Source: an uncultured Trueperaceae bacterium
GTDB taxonomy: Bacteria > Deinococcota > Deinococci > Deinococcales > Trueperaceae
Assembly (NCBI GenBank): GCA_963727505.1
Contig: CAVSGP010000006.1
Span: 32,001-96,000, forward strand
Direction: 5' to 3'
DNA length: 64,000 bases
Part shown: positions 17,999-27,965 of the stretch, piece after piece
How positions within the stretch are numbered: position 1 is the first letter of the stretch
How the letters are laid out: each line of letters opens with the position of its first letter
The notes under the pieces: model-generated
The model's input: the letters and a program-made list of their open reading frames with translations, nothing else
What the model was told of the DNA's origin: nothing
The model's database searches: none
Made by a program: the position numbers and the translations under genes

Positions 17999-18688
17999 TC
18001 AGCGCGCTCGTGGGCTCCTGGGGTCCGAATCCGTGCTGCGCGCGAATACCCGCAGGAAGAACTGCATCAACGGTCCGATCCCCAAGGCGAACAGCACCGT
18101 GCCGAGCCCGACCTGCCCGCCCATCAGCCAACCGCTCGCGAGTACCAGCAGCTCGAGCCCGGTGCGGGTCACGCGCACGCTGACCGACAGCAGCCGCGCG
18201 AGCCCCAGCACCAGCCCATCGCGCGGCCCCGCGCCGAAGCCGCGCGGAGATGTACAGCCCGGTGCCGATCCCCTGCAGCACGAGGCCGGCGAGGAACACG
18301 GCGCCCCCCAGCAGGTAGCTCGCGGGTGAGCGTTCGAGCGGCAGCGATCGGAAGAGGTCGACCCAGGGGCCGACCAGGACCATGTTCAGGGCGGTGCCGA
18401 GGCCCGGGCGGGTGCCGGTGAGCAGCCAGCTCAGAGCACCACAACCAGGCCCACGCCCTGCATCACGCGGCCGATGCTGAGACCGGTGACGAAGCTCAGG
18501 CCCTGGTGGAACACCGTCCAAGGGCCCAGCCCGATGCCGGCGTCCAGCATCAGGGCGATCCCGAGCCCCACCACCAGCAGGCCAACGTTGAGCTGCAGCA
18601 GGCGGCGCCAGAAGTCCCAGCTGGTGAGGGCCTTGCGTGCGGCCGCGCCGACGGCGCTGGAGGCGGCTCGCAAGCCACTGCCGGCCAT
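17999..18688 (-). pseudogene. YczE/YyaS/YitT-family membrane protein with two frameshifts (pseudogene or sequencing indels)
   Basis: AGIGLGPWTVFHQG, GLGTALN, FGAGPRDGL and VGLGTVLFALGIGP are spread over two frames; shifts near 18440 and 18243. Confidence 0.8.
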
Positions 18689-18820
18689 GAGCGCGACTCT
18701 ACCGCGCCCGCCGTCAGCGCGCTGGAGGCGAGCGTCCCGGTCGCCGGCCGGTCGCGACACGGTGGCTACGTAGCGTCGCACGGCACCCGGGGCCGATTCG
18801 GCTCAGGATCGCGCCCGCCG

Positions 18821-20269
18821 TCAGCGCGTGCTGACCCAGACCGACTTCACCTCGGTGTAGAGCTCGATGGCCTCCTCCCCCATCTCCCGACCGAAGCCCG
18901 ACTCCTTGTAGCCACCGAACGGCGAGGCGGCGTCGAAGACGTTGTAGGTGTTGATCCACAGCGTGCCGGTACGCACCTCCGCGGCCACGCGGTGAGCGCG
19001 CGCCAGGTCCCGCGTGAAGAGGCCCCCGGCCAGGCCGTAGCGGGAGTCGTTGGCGATGTGGATGGCCTCGTCTTCGTCGTCGAAGGGGATGATGACGCCC
19101 ACCGGCCCGAAGATCTCCTCCTGCACGATGGCCTGCTGCGTGTTCTCGGTGACGAACAGGGTGGGCTCCAGGAAGTAGCCGGGGTCGTGCGCCGCGCCGC
19201 CGGCCACCAGCGTGCTGCCCGACGCCTTTCCCTGCTCGATGTAGCCGAGCACGCGCGTGCGCTGCTCCTCGCTGATGAGCGGGCCCATGGTGGTGCCCTC
19301 ATCGAGGCCCGGCCCGAGGCGCACCTGACGCGCCTGCTGCCCCAATCGCTCGACCACCTCGTCGAGCACGCCGCGCTGCACCAGCATGCGGCTGCCGGCG
19401 GTGCAGAGCTGGCCCTGGTTGTAGAAGATGCCCAGCCCCAGCCCGAACACCGCGGTCTTCAGGTCTGCGTCGTCGAACACGATGCTGGCCGACTTGCCAC
19501 CGAGCTCGAGCGACACCCGGGCCAGCCGCTTGGACGCCTCCGCCATGATCTGCTTGCCCACCGCGGTGGAGCCGGTGAAGGTGATCTTGTCCACGTCGGG
19601 GTGCTCGACGAGCGCCTTGCCGGTGCGGCCGTCGCCCGTGACCACGTTGAGCACGCCCTTGGGGAAGCCGATGTCGTCGAGGATCTCCGCGAAGCGCAGC
19701 GCCGTCAGCGGCGTCTGCTCGGCGGGTTTGAGCACCACGGTGCAGCCGGCTGCCAGCGCCGGCGCCAGTTTCCACGAGGCGATCAGCAGCGGGAAGTTCC
19801 AGGGCACGATGGCGCCGACCACGCCCACCGGTTCGCGCAGCGTGTAGTTGAACACGCGCCGCGCCGACACCGGTACCGTGCGCCCGCCGATGGTGGGCGC
19901 CAGCCCCGCGAAGTACCGGAAGTGGTTGGCCGCCAGCGGGATGTCGCCGCGTCGCGACTCCTTCAGCGGCTTGCCGTTGTCGAGCGTCTCGATCTCGGCG
20001 AGCTCGTCGGCGTGCTCCTCGATGGCGTCGGCCACGCGGGTCAGCCAGCGGGAGCGTTCCAGCGGCGGCAGGCGCCGCCAGCCGTCGAAGGCGGCACGGC
20101 CCGAGCGCACGGCGGCGTCGACCTCGGCGCCGCCTGCGAAGGGCACGTCGGCCAGGGGCACGCCGTTGGCGGGGTTGACGGTGGGGAAGGTGTCGTCGGC
20201 GCCGACGAAGTCGCCGCCGATGTAGAGCTTCTTGGCCCTTTGCAGGAAGGCTTCGGTGGTGGGGAGCAT
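18821..20269 (-). CDS. Aldehyde dehydrogenase (phenylacetaldehyde dehydrogenase-like)
   Basis: IVPWNFP, KPAEQTP, FTGST, LELGGKS, GQLCTAG, EEIFGPV, FGGYKESG; last gene of the paa operon. Confidence 0.92.
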   Translation of the reverse strand: MLPTTEAFLQRAKKLYIGGDFVGADDTFPTVNPANGVPLADVPFAGGAEVDAAVRSGRAAFDGWRRLPPLERSRWLTRVADAIEEHADELAEIETLDNGKPLKESRRGDIPLAANHFRYFAGLAPTIGGRTVPVSARRVFNYTLREPVGVVGAIVPWNFPLLIASWKLAPALAAGCTVVLKPAEQTPLTALRFAEILDDIGFPKGVLNVVTGDGRTGKALVEHPDVDKITFTGSTAVGKQIMAEASKRLARVSLELGGKSASIVFDDADLKTAVFGLGLGIFYNQGQLCTAGSRMLVQRGVLDEVVERLGQQARQVRLGPGLDEGTTMGPLISEEQRTRVLGYIEQGKASGSTLVAGGAAHDPGYFLEPTLFVTENTQQAIVQEEIFGPVGVIIPFDDEDEAIHIANDSRYGLAGGLFTRDLARAHRVAAEVRTGTLWINTYNVFDAASPFGGYKESGFGREMGEEAIELYTEVKSVWVSTR

Positions 20270-20405
20270 CGTCACCTCGTGTTCTTGTCGCGGGCGCGCG
20301 GACCGCGCGCCGGCGGGTCAGGGGGCGGGCTCGGGCGGCGTGCCGAGGGCCTCGGCGACCGGCTCGAGCAGGGGCGCGGGATCGCGCGCGTCGGGTGTGA
20401 CGGGC

Positions 20406-21215
20406 TCAGCGTCCCGACCAGCGGGGCTCGCGCTTGTCCAGGAAGGCGCGTACCCCCTCCTTCTGGTCCTCGGTGCCGAAGAGCAGGTAGAAGCTGTGGC
20501 GCTCGAACGCCAGGCCCTGCTCCAGCGACGCGTCCTGGGCGCGCAGGATGGCGCTCTTCGCCACGCGCACGGCCAGCGGGGCGCGCGACGCCACCTTGCG
20601 TGCCAGCTCGACGGCGGCGTGCAGGGTGTCCTCGACGGGGGTCACGCGGTTGACCAGGCCGTGGGCCAGCGCCTCCTCGGCCGTGAGCAGGCGGCCGGCC
20701 AGCACCACCTCCATCGCCAGCGCCTTGCCGAGCTGCCGGGTGAGGCGCTGGGTGCCGCCGGCGCCCGGGATGATGCCGAGGTTGATCTCCGGTTGGCCGA
20801 GCCTGGCGGTGTCGCTGGCCACGATCATGTCGCACAGCATCGCGAGCTCGAGCCCTCCCCCCAGCGCGTAGCCGGAGACGGCGGCCACCATGGGCGTGGC
20901 GAGCGTCCGCAGCCCCTCCCACTGTTGGAACCGGTAGCTCGAGAGCATGTCGCCCACGCCCTTGCCGTCCATCTCGGTGATGTCGGCGCCGGCGGCGAAG
21001 GCGCGCTCGTCGCCGGTCAGCACGATGCAGCCGACGCTTCCGTCGGCGTCGAAGGCGGTGGCGACCTCACGGAGCTCCTGCAGGGTCGCCTGGTTCAGCG
21101 CGTTGCGCCGCTCCGGCCGGTGGATGCGGATCAGGCCGACCCCGCCGTCGAGCCGCTCGACGATCAGGTTCTCGAAGGTGCGTGTCTCGGGGGCGTCGTT
21201 CTCGGGACCCTCCAC
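20406..21215 (-). CDS. paaF: Enoyl-CoA hydratase (2,3-dehydroadipyl-CoA hydratase-like)
   Basis: AFAAGADI, GYALGGGLEL, GQPEINLGIIPGAGGTQRL. Confidence 0.85.
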   Translation of the reverse strand: MEGPENDAPETRTFENLIVERLDGGVGLIRIHRPERRNALNQATLQELREVATAFDADGSVGCIVLTGDERAFAAGADITEMDGKGVGDMLSSYRFQQWEGLRTLATPMVAAVSGYALGGGLELAMLCDMIVASDTARLGQPEINLGIIPGAGGTQRLTRQLGKALAMEVVLAGRLLTAEEALAHGLVNRVTPVEDTLHAAVELARKVASRAPLAVRVAKSAILRAQDASLEQGLAFERHSFYLLFGTEDQKEGVRAFLDKREPRWSGR

Positions 21216-21218
21216 GCC

Positions 21219-21530
21219 TCAGGTCACCTCCTCGGACTCGGTGATCAGCACGGTGGCGACGCCGCCGGCGAAGGCCCGCAGGTCGTCGGCCAGGCGCCGG
21301 TTCTCGTCGGAGCGCATGGCCGTCTTGAAGGCGTCGCGGTCGGCGAAGTGCATCTCCGCCATCAGCACGAACTCCGGCTCGCCGCCGAAGGCGTCGCCGG
21401 TGACGTGGTTCAACACCAGCTTCTGCAGACCCGGCAGCGCGAGGGTCAGGGGCGTGTGGACCTCGCGGTAGTGTTCCAGGAACGCCTCGAGATCGTCGGG
21501 GCGCCGGTAGAGCGCGATGAGCTTGATCAT
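21219..21530 (-). CDS. EthD family protein
   Basis: MIKLIALY...FLEHYREVHTPL...LPGL...AEMHF dimeric alpha-beta barrel pattern. Confidence 0.8.
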   Translation of the reverse strand: MIKLIALYRRPDDLEAFLEHYREVHTPLTLALPGLQKLVLNHVTGDAFGGEPEFVLMAEMHFADRDAFKTAMRSDENRRLADDLRAFAGGVATVLITESEEVT

Positions 21531-21997
21531 GGTCCTCCTCTTCGCGGTGCGGCCGTTCGCGGTGCGCTCGCCAGGGCGGCCTGCCAGCGTTCGCGCAGGC
21601 CTGCGAGGCCGCGTTCGAGCTTCTCGCGCGGCAGCACGACCTGCGTTGTCGCGCCGTCTCCGACGACGTCTCCCAGCTCGTTGACGGCGTGCACCGCGGC
21701 GTAGACGCGGCTTCCCTCCCGGCGGACGAACCGCGCCCTGAGCTGCACCCGCATGCCGGGGAGCGCGGAGGCCAGGTGGCGGATGCTCACCTCGTGGCCG
21801 ATCCCCTCCTCCCCCGCTTCGAGGAAGGGGAGGATGATCTTGCGGCTCACCAGCTCGGCGTGCTTCGTCAGCCAGTAGGTGGCGTAGACGGGGTGGAGCC
21901 GGCCGAGGCGGGGGTCGTCCTGCTCGAAGTCGACGGTCATGGCCTCGGTCACGGTGACCTCGAAGGTGGCCTGGTAGCCGTCCGGGATGGCCTTCAT
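21527..21997 (-). CDS. Hotdog-fold thioesterase (fluoroacetyl-CoA thioesterase-like)
   Basis: HPVYATYW...E...GEEGIG...IRHLASA. Confidence 0.8.
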   Translation of the reverse strand: MKAIPDGYQATFEVTVTEAMTVDFEQDDPRLGRLHPVYATYWLTKHAELVSRKIILPFLEAGEEGIGHEVSIRHLASALPGMRVQLRARFVRREGSRVYAAVHAVNELGDVVGDGATTQVVLPREKLERGLAGLRERWQAALASAPRTAAPRRGGP

Positions 21998-22001
21998 CGC
22001 G

Positions 22002-23339
22002 TCACAGGCTCCGCTCGTCGACGATGCGACGCAGCTTCCCGCCGGCCGAGCGCGGCGCCGAGCCGGGTGCCAGCAGACTGACCCGAACGGTGATGCCGAC
22101 GTTCTCGCGGATCTTGTGCTGGATGCGCTCGCGCAAGGTGTGCACGTCCTTGTCGACCTGCAAGGTGCCGTCGTCGAGCACCCCCTGGCCGATGCGCTGG
22201 AAGGCGGGCTCGGTGAGCTCCAGGCGGAGCTCGAGCTCGTCCAGCGTCTTCACGCGGCGGACTACCAGCTGGTAGTGCGGCGACGCCTCCGCGATGTCGA
22301 CCAACGCGGCTTCGATCTGGGTGGGATAGACGTTGACGCCGCGGATCACCAGCATGTCGTCGGCGCGGCCGCGGATCATGCCGATGCGGGCGTGGGTGCG
22401 GCCGCTCACTCCGGGCTCGCGCGTGAGGCTGGTGATGTCTCCGGTCCAATAGCGCAGCAGCGGCAGTGCCTCCTTCGTGAGCGTCGTGATCGCCAGAACG
22501 CCGTCCTGACCGTCGGGCACGGGCTCGCCGGTGGTGGGGTCGACGATCTCCGGGTAGAAATGATCCTCCCAGATGTAGCTGCCGTCCTTCTCCTCGACCG
22601 CCTCGTTGGCGACGCCGGGACCGATGATCTCGGAGAGACCGTAGATGTTGGTGGCCTGGATGCCCAGCCCCTGCTCCACGTCCTGGCGGATGGTCTCGGT
22701 CCAGGGCTCGGCGCCGAGGATGCCGATCTCCAGGCTGATCTCGTCCGGAGCGATGCCGCGGCTCTGGAAGGCCTCGGACAGGGTCTGCGCGTACGACGGC
22801 GTGCAGGCGATGACCTTGGGCTGGAGGTCGAGGATGAGCATCACCTGGCGCTCGGTCATGCCGCCCGATACGGGCACCACCGTCAGGCCCAGGCGTTCGG
22901 CGCCGTAGTGCAAGCCGAGGCCGCCGGTGAACAGCCCGTAGCCGTAGGCGTTGTGGAACAGCATCCCCGGCCGTGCCCCGCCGGCCGCCATGCTGCGGGC
23001 GTTGACCTCGGCGAAGATCTCGATGTCGGAGTGCGTATAGCCGACGATGGTGGGCTTGCCGGTGGTGCCGCTGGAGGCGTGGATGCGAGCCAGCTCGTGC
23101 TGCGGCACGGCGAACATCCCCATGGGGTAGTTCTCGCGCAGGTCGTCCTTGCGGGTGAGCGGCAACGTCGCCAGGTCCTCGACGCCGCGGATGGCGCCCG
23201 GCGTGACGCCGACCTCGTCCATGCGCTGCCGGTAGAACGGCACCCGCTCGTAGACGTAGCTCGCGAGGTGTCGTACGCGTTCGTCCTGCAGGGCGCGCAG
23301 GCGATCGCGGGGCAACGTTTCCAGCTCCGGGTTGAACAT
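22002..23339 (-). CDS. paaK: Phenylacetate--CoA ligase
   Basis: HASSGTTGKP, YGYGLFTGGLG, IYGLSEIIGPG, RGRADDMLVIRGVNVYP. Confidence 0.95.
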   Translation of the reverse strand: MFNPELETLPRDRLRALQDERVRHLASYVYERVPFYRQRMDEVGVTPGAIRGVEDLATLPLTRKDDLRENYPMGMFAVPQHELARIHASSGTTGKPTIVGYTHSDIEIFAEVNARSMAAGGARPGMLFHNAYGYGLFTGGLGLHYGAERLGLTVVPVSGGMTERQVMLILDLQPKVIACTPSYAQTLSEAFQSRGIAPDEISLEIGILGAEPWTETIRQDVEQGLGIQATNIYGLSEIIGPGVANEAVEEKDGSYIWEDHFYPEIVDPTTGEPVPDGQDGVLAITTLTKEALPLLRYWTGDITSLTREPGVSGRTHARIGMIRGRADDMLVIRGVNVYPTQIEAALVDIAEASPHYQLVVRRVKTLDELELRLELTEPAFQRIGQGVLDDGTLQVDKDVHTLRERIQHKIRENVGITVRVSLLAPGSAPRSAGGKLRRIVDERSL

Positions 23340-23417
23340 GCTCACCTCCAGACGCGGCGGCGGGGCCGCCGCGACGTGTGCGCCTGTGACCTTCGCCCGC
23401 CGGGGTGGACCGGCACG

Positions 23418-23807
23418 TCAGGTACCTGCCGGGTCCCGGGGACGACGGTAGACGGTGCCGGTGAACAGTGCCACCGGCTCGTCGCGCTCGCCGTCGACGC
23501 CTTCGCGCAGCACCTCGACACGGTAGGTGGCGACCCTCCGGCCCAGATGCTCCTCGCTGGCGCGGGCCTCGAGCACGTCGCCGGGGAAGACCGCGCGGAA
23601 ATAGTCCATGCTCACCGACAGGGCAACGGCGTCCGCCTCGCGGGAATTGGAAGCGATCGCGAAGGCCTCGTCGGCGAGGCTGTAGAGGAACCCGCCGTGT
23701 GCGCTGCCGTGCATGTTGACGTGGTCGGGCCCGACCGTGGCGCGCAAGCGGGCCCGACCGGCCTCGGCGGGGAGCGCCTCGAAGGCGAGCAGGCGGGCGA
23801 AGCTCAC
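23418..23807 (-). CDS. paaI: Phenylacetyl-CoA thioesterase
   Basis: HVNMHGSAHGGFLYSLADEAFAIASNS. Confidence 0.9.
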   Translation of the reverse strand: MSFARLLAFEALPAEAGRARLRATVGPDHVNMHGSAHGGFLYSLADEAFAIASNSREADAVALSVSMDYFRAVFPGDVLEARASEEHLGRRVATYRVEVLREGVDGERDEPVALFTGTVYRRPRDPAGT

Positions 23808-25405
23808 GTACCGACCCCGGCGCGCTCGGGGAAGCGCTCGGCGCCCACCGCGGCCAGGCGCGTGAGGAGAGGTTGCGGGGCGAAGCGTTCGGCGCCGGTC
23901 TCCTGCTGCAGGCCGCGCAGGGCGGTGTGCAGGTCCGCCAGACCGAGCTCGGAGGCCCAGGCCAGCGGGCCGTGCGGGTAGCGGGTGCCGAGCCGCATGG
24001 CGGTGTCGATGGCGGACGCGTCGGCCAGCCCTTCGGCTAGGGCGCTGGCAGCCTCGTTGGCGAGCAGCGCGACCAGCCGGAAGATCACGCCTCCTGCCCG
24101 GTCGGGCAGCGTGAGGGTGGCGAGGCCGTTCGCTTCCAGGACGTTGCGGGCGGGCTCGAGCGCGGCGGCGTCTGCGCCCTCGGGCGCCATCAGCTCGACC
24201 AGCGGCGGCTCGGCGAGCGGCGGCGCCAGGCTGAAGCCCACCAGCGACCGGCCGCAACGCTCCAGCGCGCGGCTGGCGGAGTGCGCCCAGCACAGGGTGG
24301 CCACCGGCAGACCGGCGAGCTCGTCGGGGAGGGCTTTGTCGGCAAGGTCGAGGCGTGCGTCGAGCACCAGTGCGGCGTCGACCGGTTGCTCGGCGACCGC
24401 AAGCCGCTCCCGCAGGGTCCGGGCGACCGCGCCCTGACCCAGCACCGCTACGCGTGGCGCGTTCGCGTGGTGCCGGGTCGGCGGCACCGCGGACGGCGGA
24501 CCACCGTAATCGCCTTCGTAGCGGTAGAAGCCGCGCCCGCTCTTGCGGCCGAGCCGCCCGGCCTGGACCATGGCCGCCTGCAAGGGGTGGGGCCGGTAGC
24601 GGGGTTCCTGGAAGAAGGCCTGGTAGACGCTCTGGGTCGCGGCGAAGTTGACGTCGATCCCGATGAGATCGAGCAGCTCGAAGGGGCCCATGGGGAAGCC
24701 GGCGCCCTTGGCGGCCCGGTCGATGGCCTCGACGCTCACGCCCTCGCCTGCCAGGCGCAACGCCTCGCCGTAGAAGGGTCGCGCCACGCGGTTCACGATG
24801 AAGCCGGGGCGGTCCTGCGCCACCACCGGCGTGCGCCCCAGCGCCCGGGCCAACGTGGTCGCGGCTTCGACGAGCTCGGGGTCGGTGCGCACGCCCGGCA
24901 CCACCTCCACCAGGGGCATCAGCGGCGCCGGGTTGAAGAAGTGCATGCCGACCACGTCCTCCGGCCGCGAGCATCCGGCTGCGATGGCTGTGACCGACAG
25001 CGTCGAGGTGTTGGTCGCGAGCGAGGCTCGCGGGTAGTCGCGGGCGGCGCGCTCGAACAGCGAGCGCTTCACCTCCAGGTCCTCGTAGACGGCCTCGAAC
25101 ACCCACGTGACGCCCTCGTCCGCCGGCGGCTCGGCCGCGAACGAAAGGCGCGCGAACACGGCGTCGGGGGACGCGTCGAGCCGGCCCTTGTCCGCAAGCA
25201 TGGTGAAGACGCCCCGCAAACTGCGGCGGGCGTCCTCGAGCACCGAGGCGTTGGCGTCGCACAGCGCGACGTGACTGCCGGCCTGGGCCAGGAGCTGGGC
25301 GATGCCGCGACCCATGGTGCCCGCGCCCAGGACTACCGTGCGCTCCGGGGCGGCGCAAACCTCCTCACCCCGGGCGCTGGATCGCGTTGGGGCCGTGTCG
25401 TTCAC
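23804..25405 (-). CDS. paaH: 3-hydroxyacyl-CoA dehydrogenase
   Basis: GAGTMGRG, EAVYEDL, TNTSTLS, GMHFFNPAP, GFIVNR, GFPMGPF; duplicated C-terminal domain. Confidence 0.9.
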   Translation of the reverse strand: MNDTAPTRSSARGEEVCAAPERTVVLGAGTMGRGIAQLLAQAGSHVALCDANASVLEDARRSLRGVFTMLADKGRLDASPDAVFARLSFAAEPPADEGVTWVFEAVYEDLEVKRSLFERAARDYPRASLATNTSTLSVTAIAAGCSRPEDVVGMHFFNPAPLMPLVEVVPGVRTDPELVEAATTLARALGRTPVVAQDRPGFIVNRVARPFYGEALRLAGEGVSVEAIDRAAKGAGFPMGPFELLDLIGIDVNFAATQSVYQAFFQEPRYRPHPLQAAMVQAGRLGRKSGRGFYRYEGDYGGPPSAVPPTRHHANAPRVAVLGQGAVARTLRERLAVAEQPVDAALVLDARLDLADKALPDELAGLPVATLCWAHSASRALERCGRSLVGFSLAPPLAEPPLVELMAPEGADAAALEPARNVLEANGLATLTLPDRAGGVIFRLVALLANEAASALAEGLADASAIDTAMRLGTRYPHGPLAWASELGLADLHTALRGLQQETGAERFAPQPLLTRLAAVGAERFPERAGVGT

Positions 25406-25422
25406 GGGTGCCTCCATGGACT

Positions 25423-25436
25423 CGAACGAACGTTCG
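25423..25436. promoter_or_regulatory. PaaR-type operator overlapping the predicted paaH transcription start
   Basis: CGAACGAACGTTCG matches CNAACGNNCGTTNG; -10 TATAGT at 25447-25442 (minus). Confidence 0.8.
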
Positions 25437-25504
25437 CGCACACTATAGCCCAGCTCCTTCCGTGGCCCGCCGGGCCGCCCGACGGGGGTGGGGCGGCCCC
25501 GCGT

Positions 25505-27043
25505 TCACGGCGCGCCGCGCTCCAACAAGGCGTCGACCTGCTCGGCCAGGTGCAGCGTGGCCAGGGTCTCCGGTCGCTGCAGCGATTGACCGATGAGCGC
25601 CTCGATACGCTTGAGGCGGTAGCGCAAGGTGTTGACGTGGATGTGGAGTCGTTCGGCCAGCGTCCGCAGGTCGTCGGGGTTGCCGAGGTAGGCCACCAGC
25701 GTGCGCCACAGCTTGCCGTCGTCGGCGTCCTTGATCGGTCCGATCAGGCGGTCGCGGAAGGCCCGGAGGTTCGCTTCCGGCTGCTGCGTCAGCACCCAGT
25801 AGACAGGGTCGAAGCTGTCGAAGTGGCCCAGGCCGGCGGACCCGACCACCGCCTGGGCGGCCAGCGTGGCCTGCCGGTAGGCGTCGTGCACGCCGCCGAG
25901 GTCGCGGTGTGGCTGGCTGAAGCCGAGCCGTACCGGGCCGTTGTCGGGCTCCGCCGTTCGGAGCGCCTGCAAGAGCCCCTCTCCATGCCCGGCGGGCGCC
26001 CCGCCGGACACCACCCAGAGGACGTGCTCGGATCGCGTCTCGGACAGTGCTCCCAGGCCCAGCGAGCGGAAGAGCTCGTCCCCAGCGCTGCGGAGGCGCT
26101 CGAGCCGGAGGTGGCGGCCCTCACGGGCGCGGGCCGATGCCGGGCGCGGGCCGAGCTCCGCGACCGCCACGGCGTAGGGGTTGTCGAGGTCGAGGCCCGC
26201 GACGCGCAGCCGTGGGGCGAGTGCGTCGGCCGCGTGCGGTCCCGCCAGCCACTCGGCGAGAAGCGCGCTGCGTTGGGCGTCCTCCCTCCTGGCCTCCGCC
26301 GCCCGCGTGAGGGCGGTCACGGCGAGGAGGGTGCGGGTGAGCTCGAGCCAGGGCAGGCTCGACCGGGCGTTCCCGCTCGAAAGCAGCGTGAAGCGCAGCC
26401 GGCCGTCGGCGACGACTCTGAAGACGCGTGCCTCGCGCCCCCCCAGGCGCATCCGGCCCTCGCGGAGCTGCGACGCCTGCTCGGCCGACCCCTGCCAGCG
26501 CAGGTCACCTGCCCGGGCGAGCGCGGCGCCCCACGGTGTGAACAGCACGGCGCTCTCGCCGGTGATGCGCTGCAGCCGGTCGAGCAGCTCGCGTTCCGGT
26601 TTGGGGCTCTGCAGGGCGCGCAACAGGTAGCGCTGGGCGCTGGCGGCGGCACTTGCAGCCGCGCCAGCCTCGCCCACCAGCACCCGGAGCGCGCCTGCCT
26701 CCAGGCGCGCGACGTTGACCGTCGGGGGCAGCGACAACAGGGTGATGCCGGCCGTGCTCGCGCGCTTCAAGAGCGCCTCCGGTACCTCGCGCCGCTGCGG
26801 CGTCAGGGCGTAGACCAGCGCGGCTGGGGGAGGCACGAAGAGGGGATCCGGGCGGGGCCTCTTGCGTTCGTATGCCGCCTCGGTCCAGCGAAGGTCGACG
26901 CCCGACAGCCACGGCTGGTCTTCGGCCAGGTCGGCCGAGCGGACCACCTCGAAGGCGACCTCACCCGACTCTCCCTCCGGGGGCGGTACGTGAACGCTGA
27001 GGGCGAGCGACGGGTCGTCGAGCAACGCCTGCAAGGTCGCCAT
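25505..27043 (-). CDS. PucR/CdaR-family transcriptional regulator
   Basis: C-terminal LWRTLVAYL...AERLHIHVNTLRYRLKRIE HTH; degenerate GGDEF-like middle region. Confidence 0.9.
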   Translation of the reverse strand: MATLQALLDDPSLALSVHVPPPEGESGEVAFEVVRSADLAEDQPWLSGVDLRWTEAAYERKRPRPDPLFVPPPAALVYALTPQRREVPEALLKRASTAGITLLSLPPTVNVARLEAGALRVLVGEAGAAASAAASAQRYLLRALQSPKPERELLDRLQRITGESAVLFTPWGAALARAGDLRWQGSAEQASQLREGRMRLGGREARVFRVVADGRLRFTLLSSGNARSSLPWLELTRTLLAVTALTRAAEARREDAQRSALLAEWLAGPHAADALAPRLRVAGLDLDNPYAVAVAELGPRPASARAREGRHLRLERLRSAGDELFRSLGLGALSETRSEHVLWVVSGGAPAGHGEGLLQALRTAEPDNGPVRLGFSQPHRDLGGVHDAYRQATLAAQAVVGSAGLGHFDSFDPVYWVLTQQPEANLRAFRDRLIGPIKDADDGKLWRTLVAYLGNPDDLRTLAERLHIHVNTLRYRLKRIEALIGQSLQRPETLATLHLAEQVDALLERGAP

Positions 27044-27116
27044 GGCGATGCCTCTCCTTCGCGTACGCCTGCGGCGGGCGGGTGGGGCGTCTGCCTGGCG
27101 GCGCCTCCCCGGAACT

Positions 27117-27191
27117 TGTCGAGGGCTCCAATATACTCGATCGAGCCTGTGGCTCCCGACACTTGACCCCCCGGGGAGCGCTGCCTACACT
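27117..27191 (+). promoter_or_regulatory. hpaC promoter with two TGT-N8-ACA-like boxes
   Basis: Boxes at 27117-27130 and 27148-27161; TTGACC-17-TACACT at 27163-27191. Confidence 0.7.
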
Positions 27192-27264
27192 CGTGGCACA
27201 TCCGACCCGCTTCGTCCCGGTACCCCCGTCACGTATGCTCGTCGGTGAGCGAGGAGAGGACGCG

Positions 27265-27744
27265 ATGATCGACCCCCGAGAGTTCCGCCGCGCGCTAGGG
27301 CGCTTCGCCACCGGAATCACGGTGGTGAGCATGCGGTCCGGCGACCGGACCTACGGGATCACCGTCAACGCGTTCATGTCGGTATCGCTGATGCCTCCGC
27401 TCATTGCTGTGTGTATCGACAAACGCGCGCAGGCACATGCCACCCTCAGCGAGAGCGAGCGCTTCGGGGTCAGCATCCTGCGCGCCGAGCAGGAGGCACT
27501 CTCCGACCACTTCGCAGGCCGGCCGGGCCAGGCCGTTGCCGATCCCTTCGAACATCTGCAAGGTTTCCCGGTCGTGCGTGGCGCGCTCGGCCAGCTCGTG
27601 TGCCGGACCTACGACATCGCCGACGCGGGGGATCACAGCTTCTTCCTGGGAGAGGTCGAGGCGCTGACGTCGGCCGAAGGGCGCCCACTGCTCTACTTCG
27701 AGGGGCGCTACGCCCACGTCCACGACATGGAACTGACCGAGTAG
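27265..27744 (+). CDS. hpaC: Flavin reductase, 4-hydroxyphenylacetate 3-monooxygenase reductase component
   Basis: FRRALGRFATGITVV, VSLMPPL, AGDH, PLLYFEGRY; hpaB nearby. Confidence 0.85.
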   Translation: MIDPREFRRALGRFATGITVVSMRSGDRTYGITVNAFMSVSLMPPLIAVCIDKRAQAHATLSESERFGVSILRAEQEALSDHFAGRPGQAVADPFEHLQGFPVVRGALGQLVCRTYDIADAGDHSFFLGEVEALTSAEGRPLLYFEGRYAHVHDMELTE

Positions 27745-27965
27745 CGGCGGCGCCGCGCCGGGTCGTTGCGCGCTCTGGCGAGCCGAGCGCCGGTCGCGCT
27801 CGAGGCGGTGCCCGGCCGGGCCGCCGGGGCACGGTTCCGAGCGGCCGCTCGCCGCGGCGGGCGTTACGGAAATCGTACGCGCTGCGGCCGTAGACTGTCG
27901 CTAGAGCCCTTCGCGATCCCGTCGCTCGCTGACGGACCGCGGTCCGGGCGACCTTGGGAGGTGCC

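Noticed and set aside
15900..18000. Mobile element or genomic island around the lipoprotein
   Set aside because: No integrase, transposase, att site or target duplication; the composition shift is explained by amino-acid bias
18200..18460. Programmed ribosomal frameshifting in the yczE-like gene
   Set aside because: No slippery heptamer, and two opposite shifts would be required; indels are simpler
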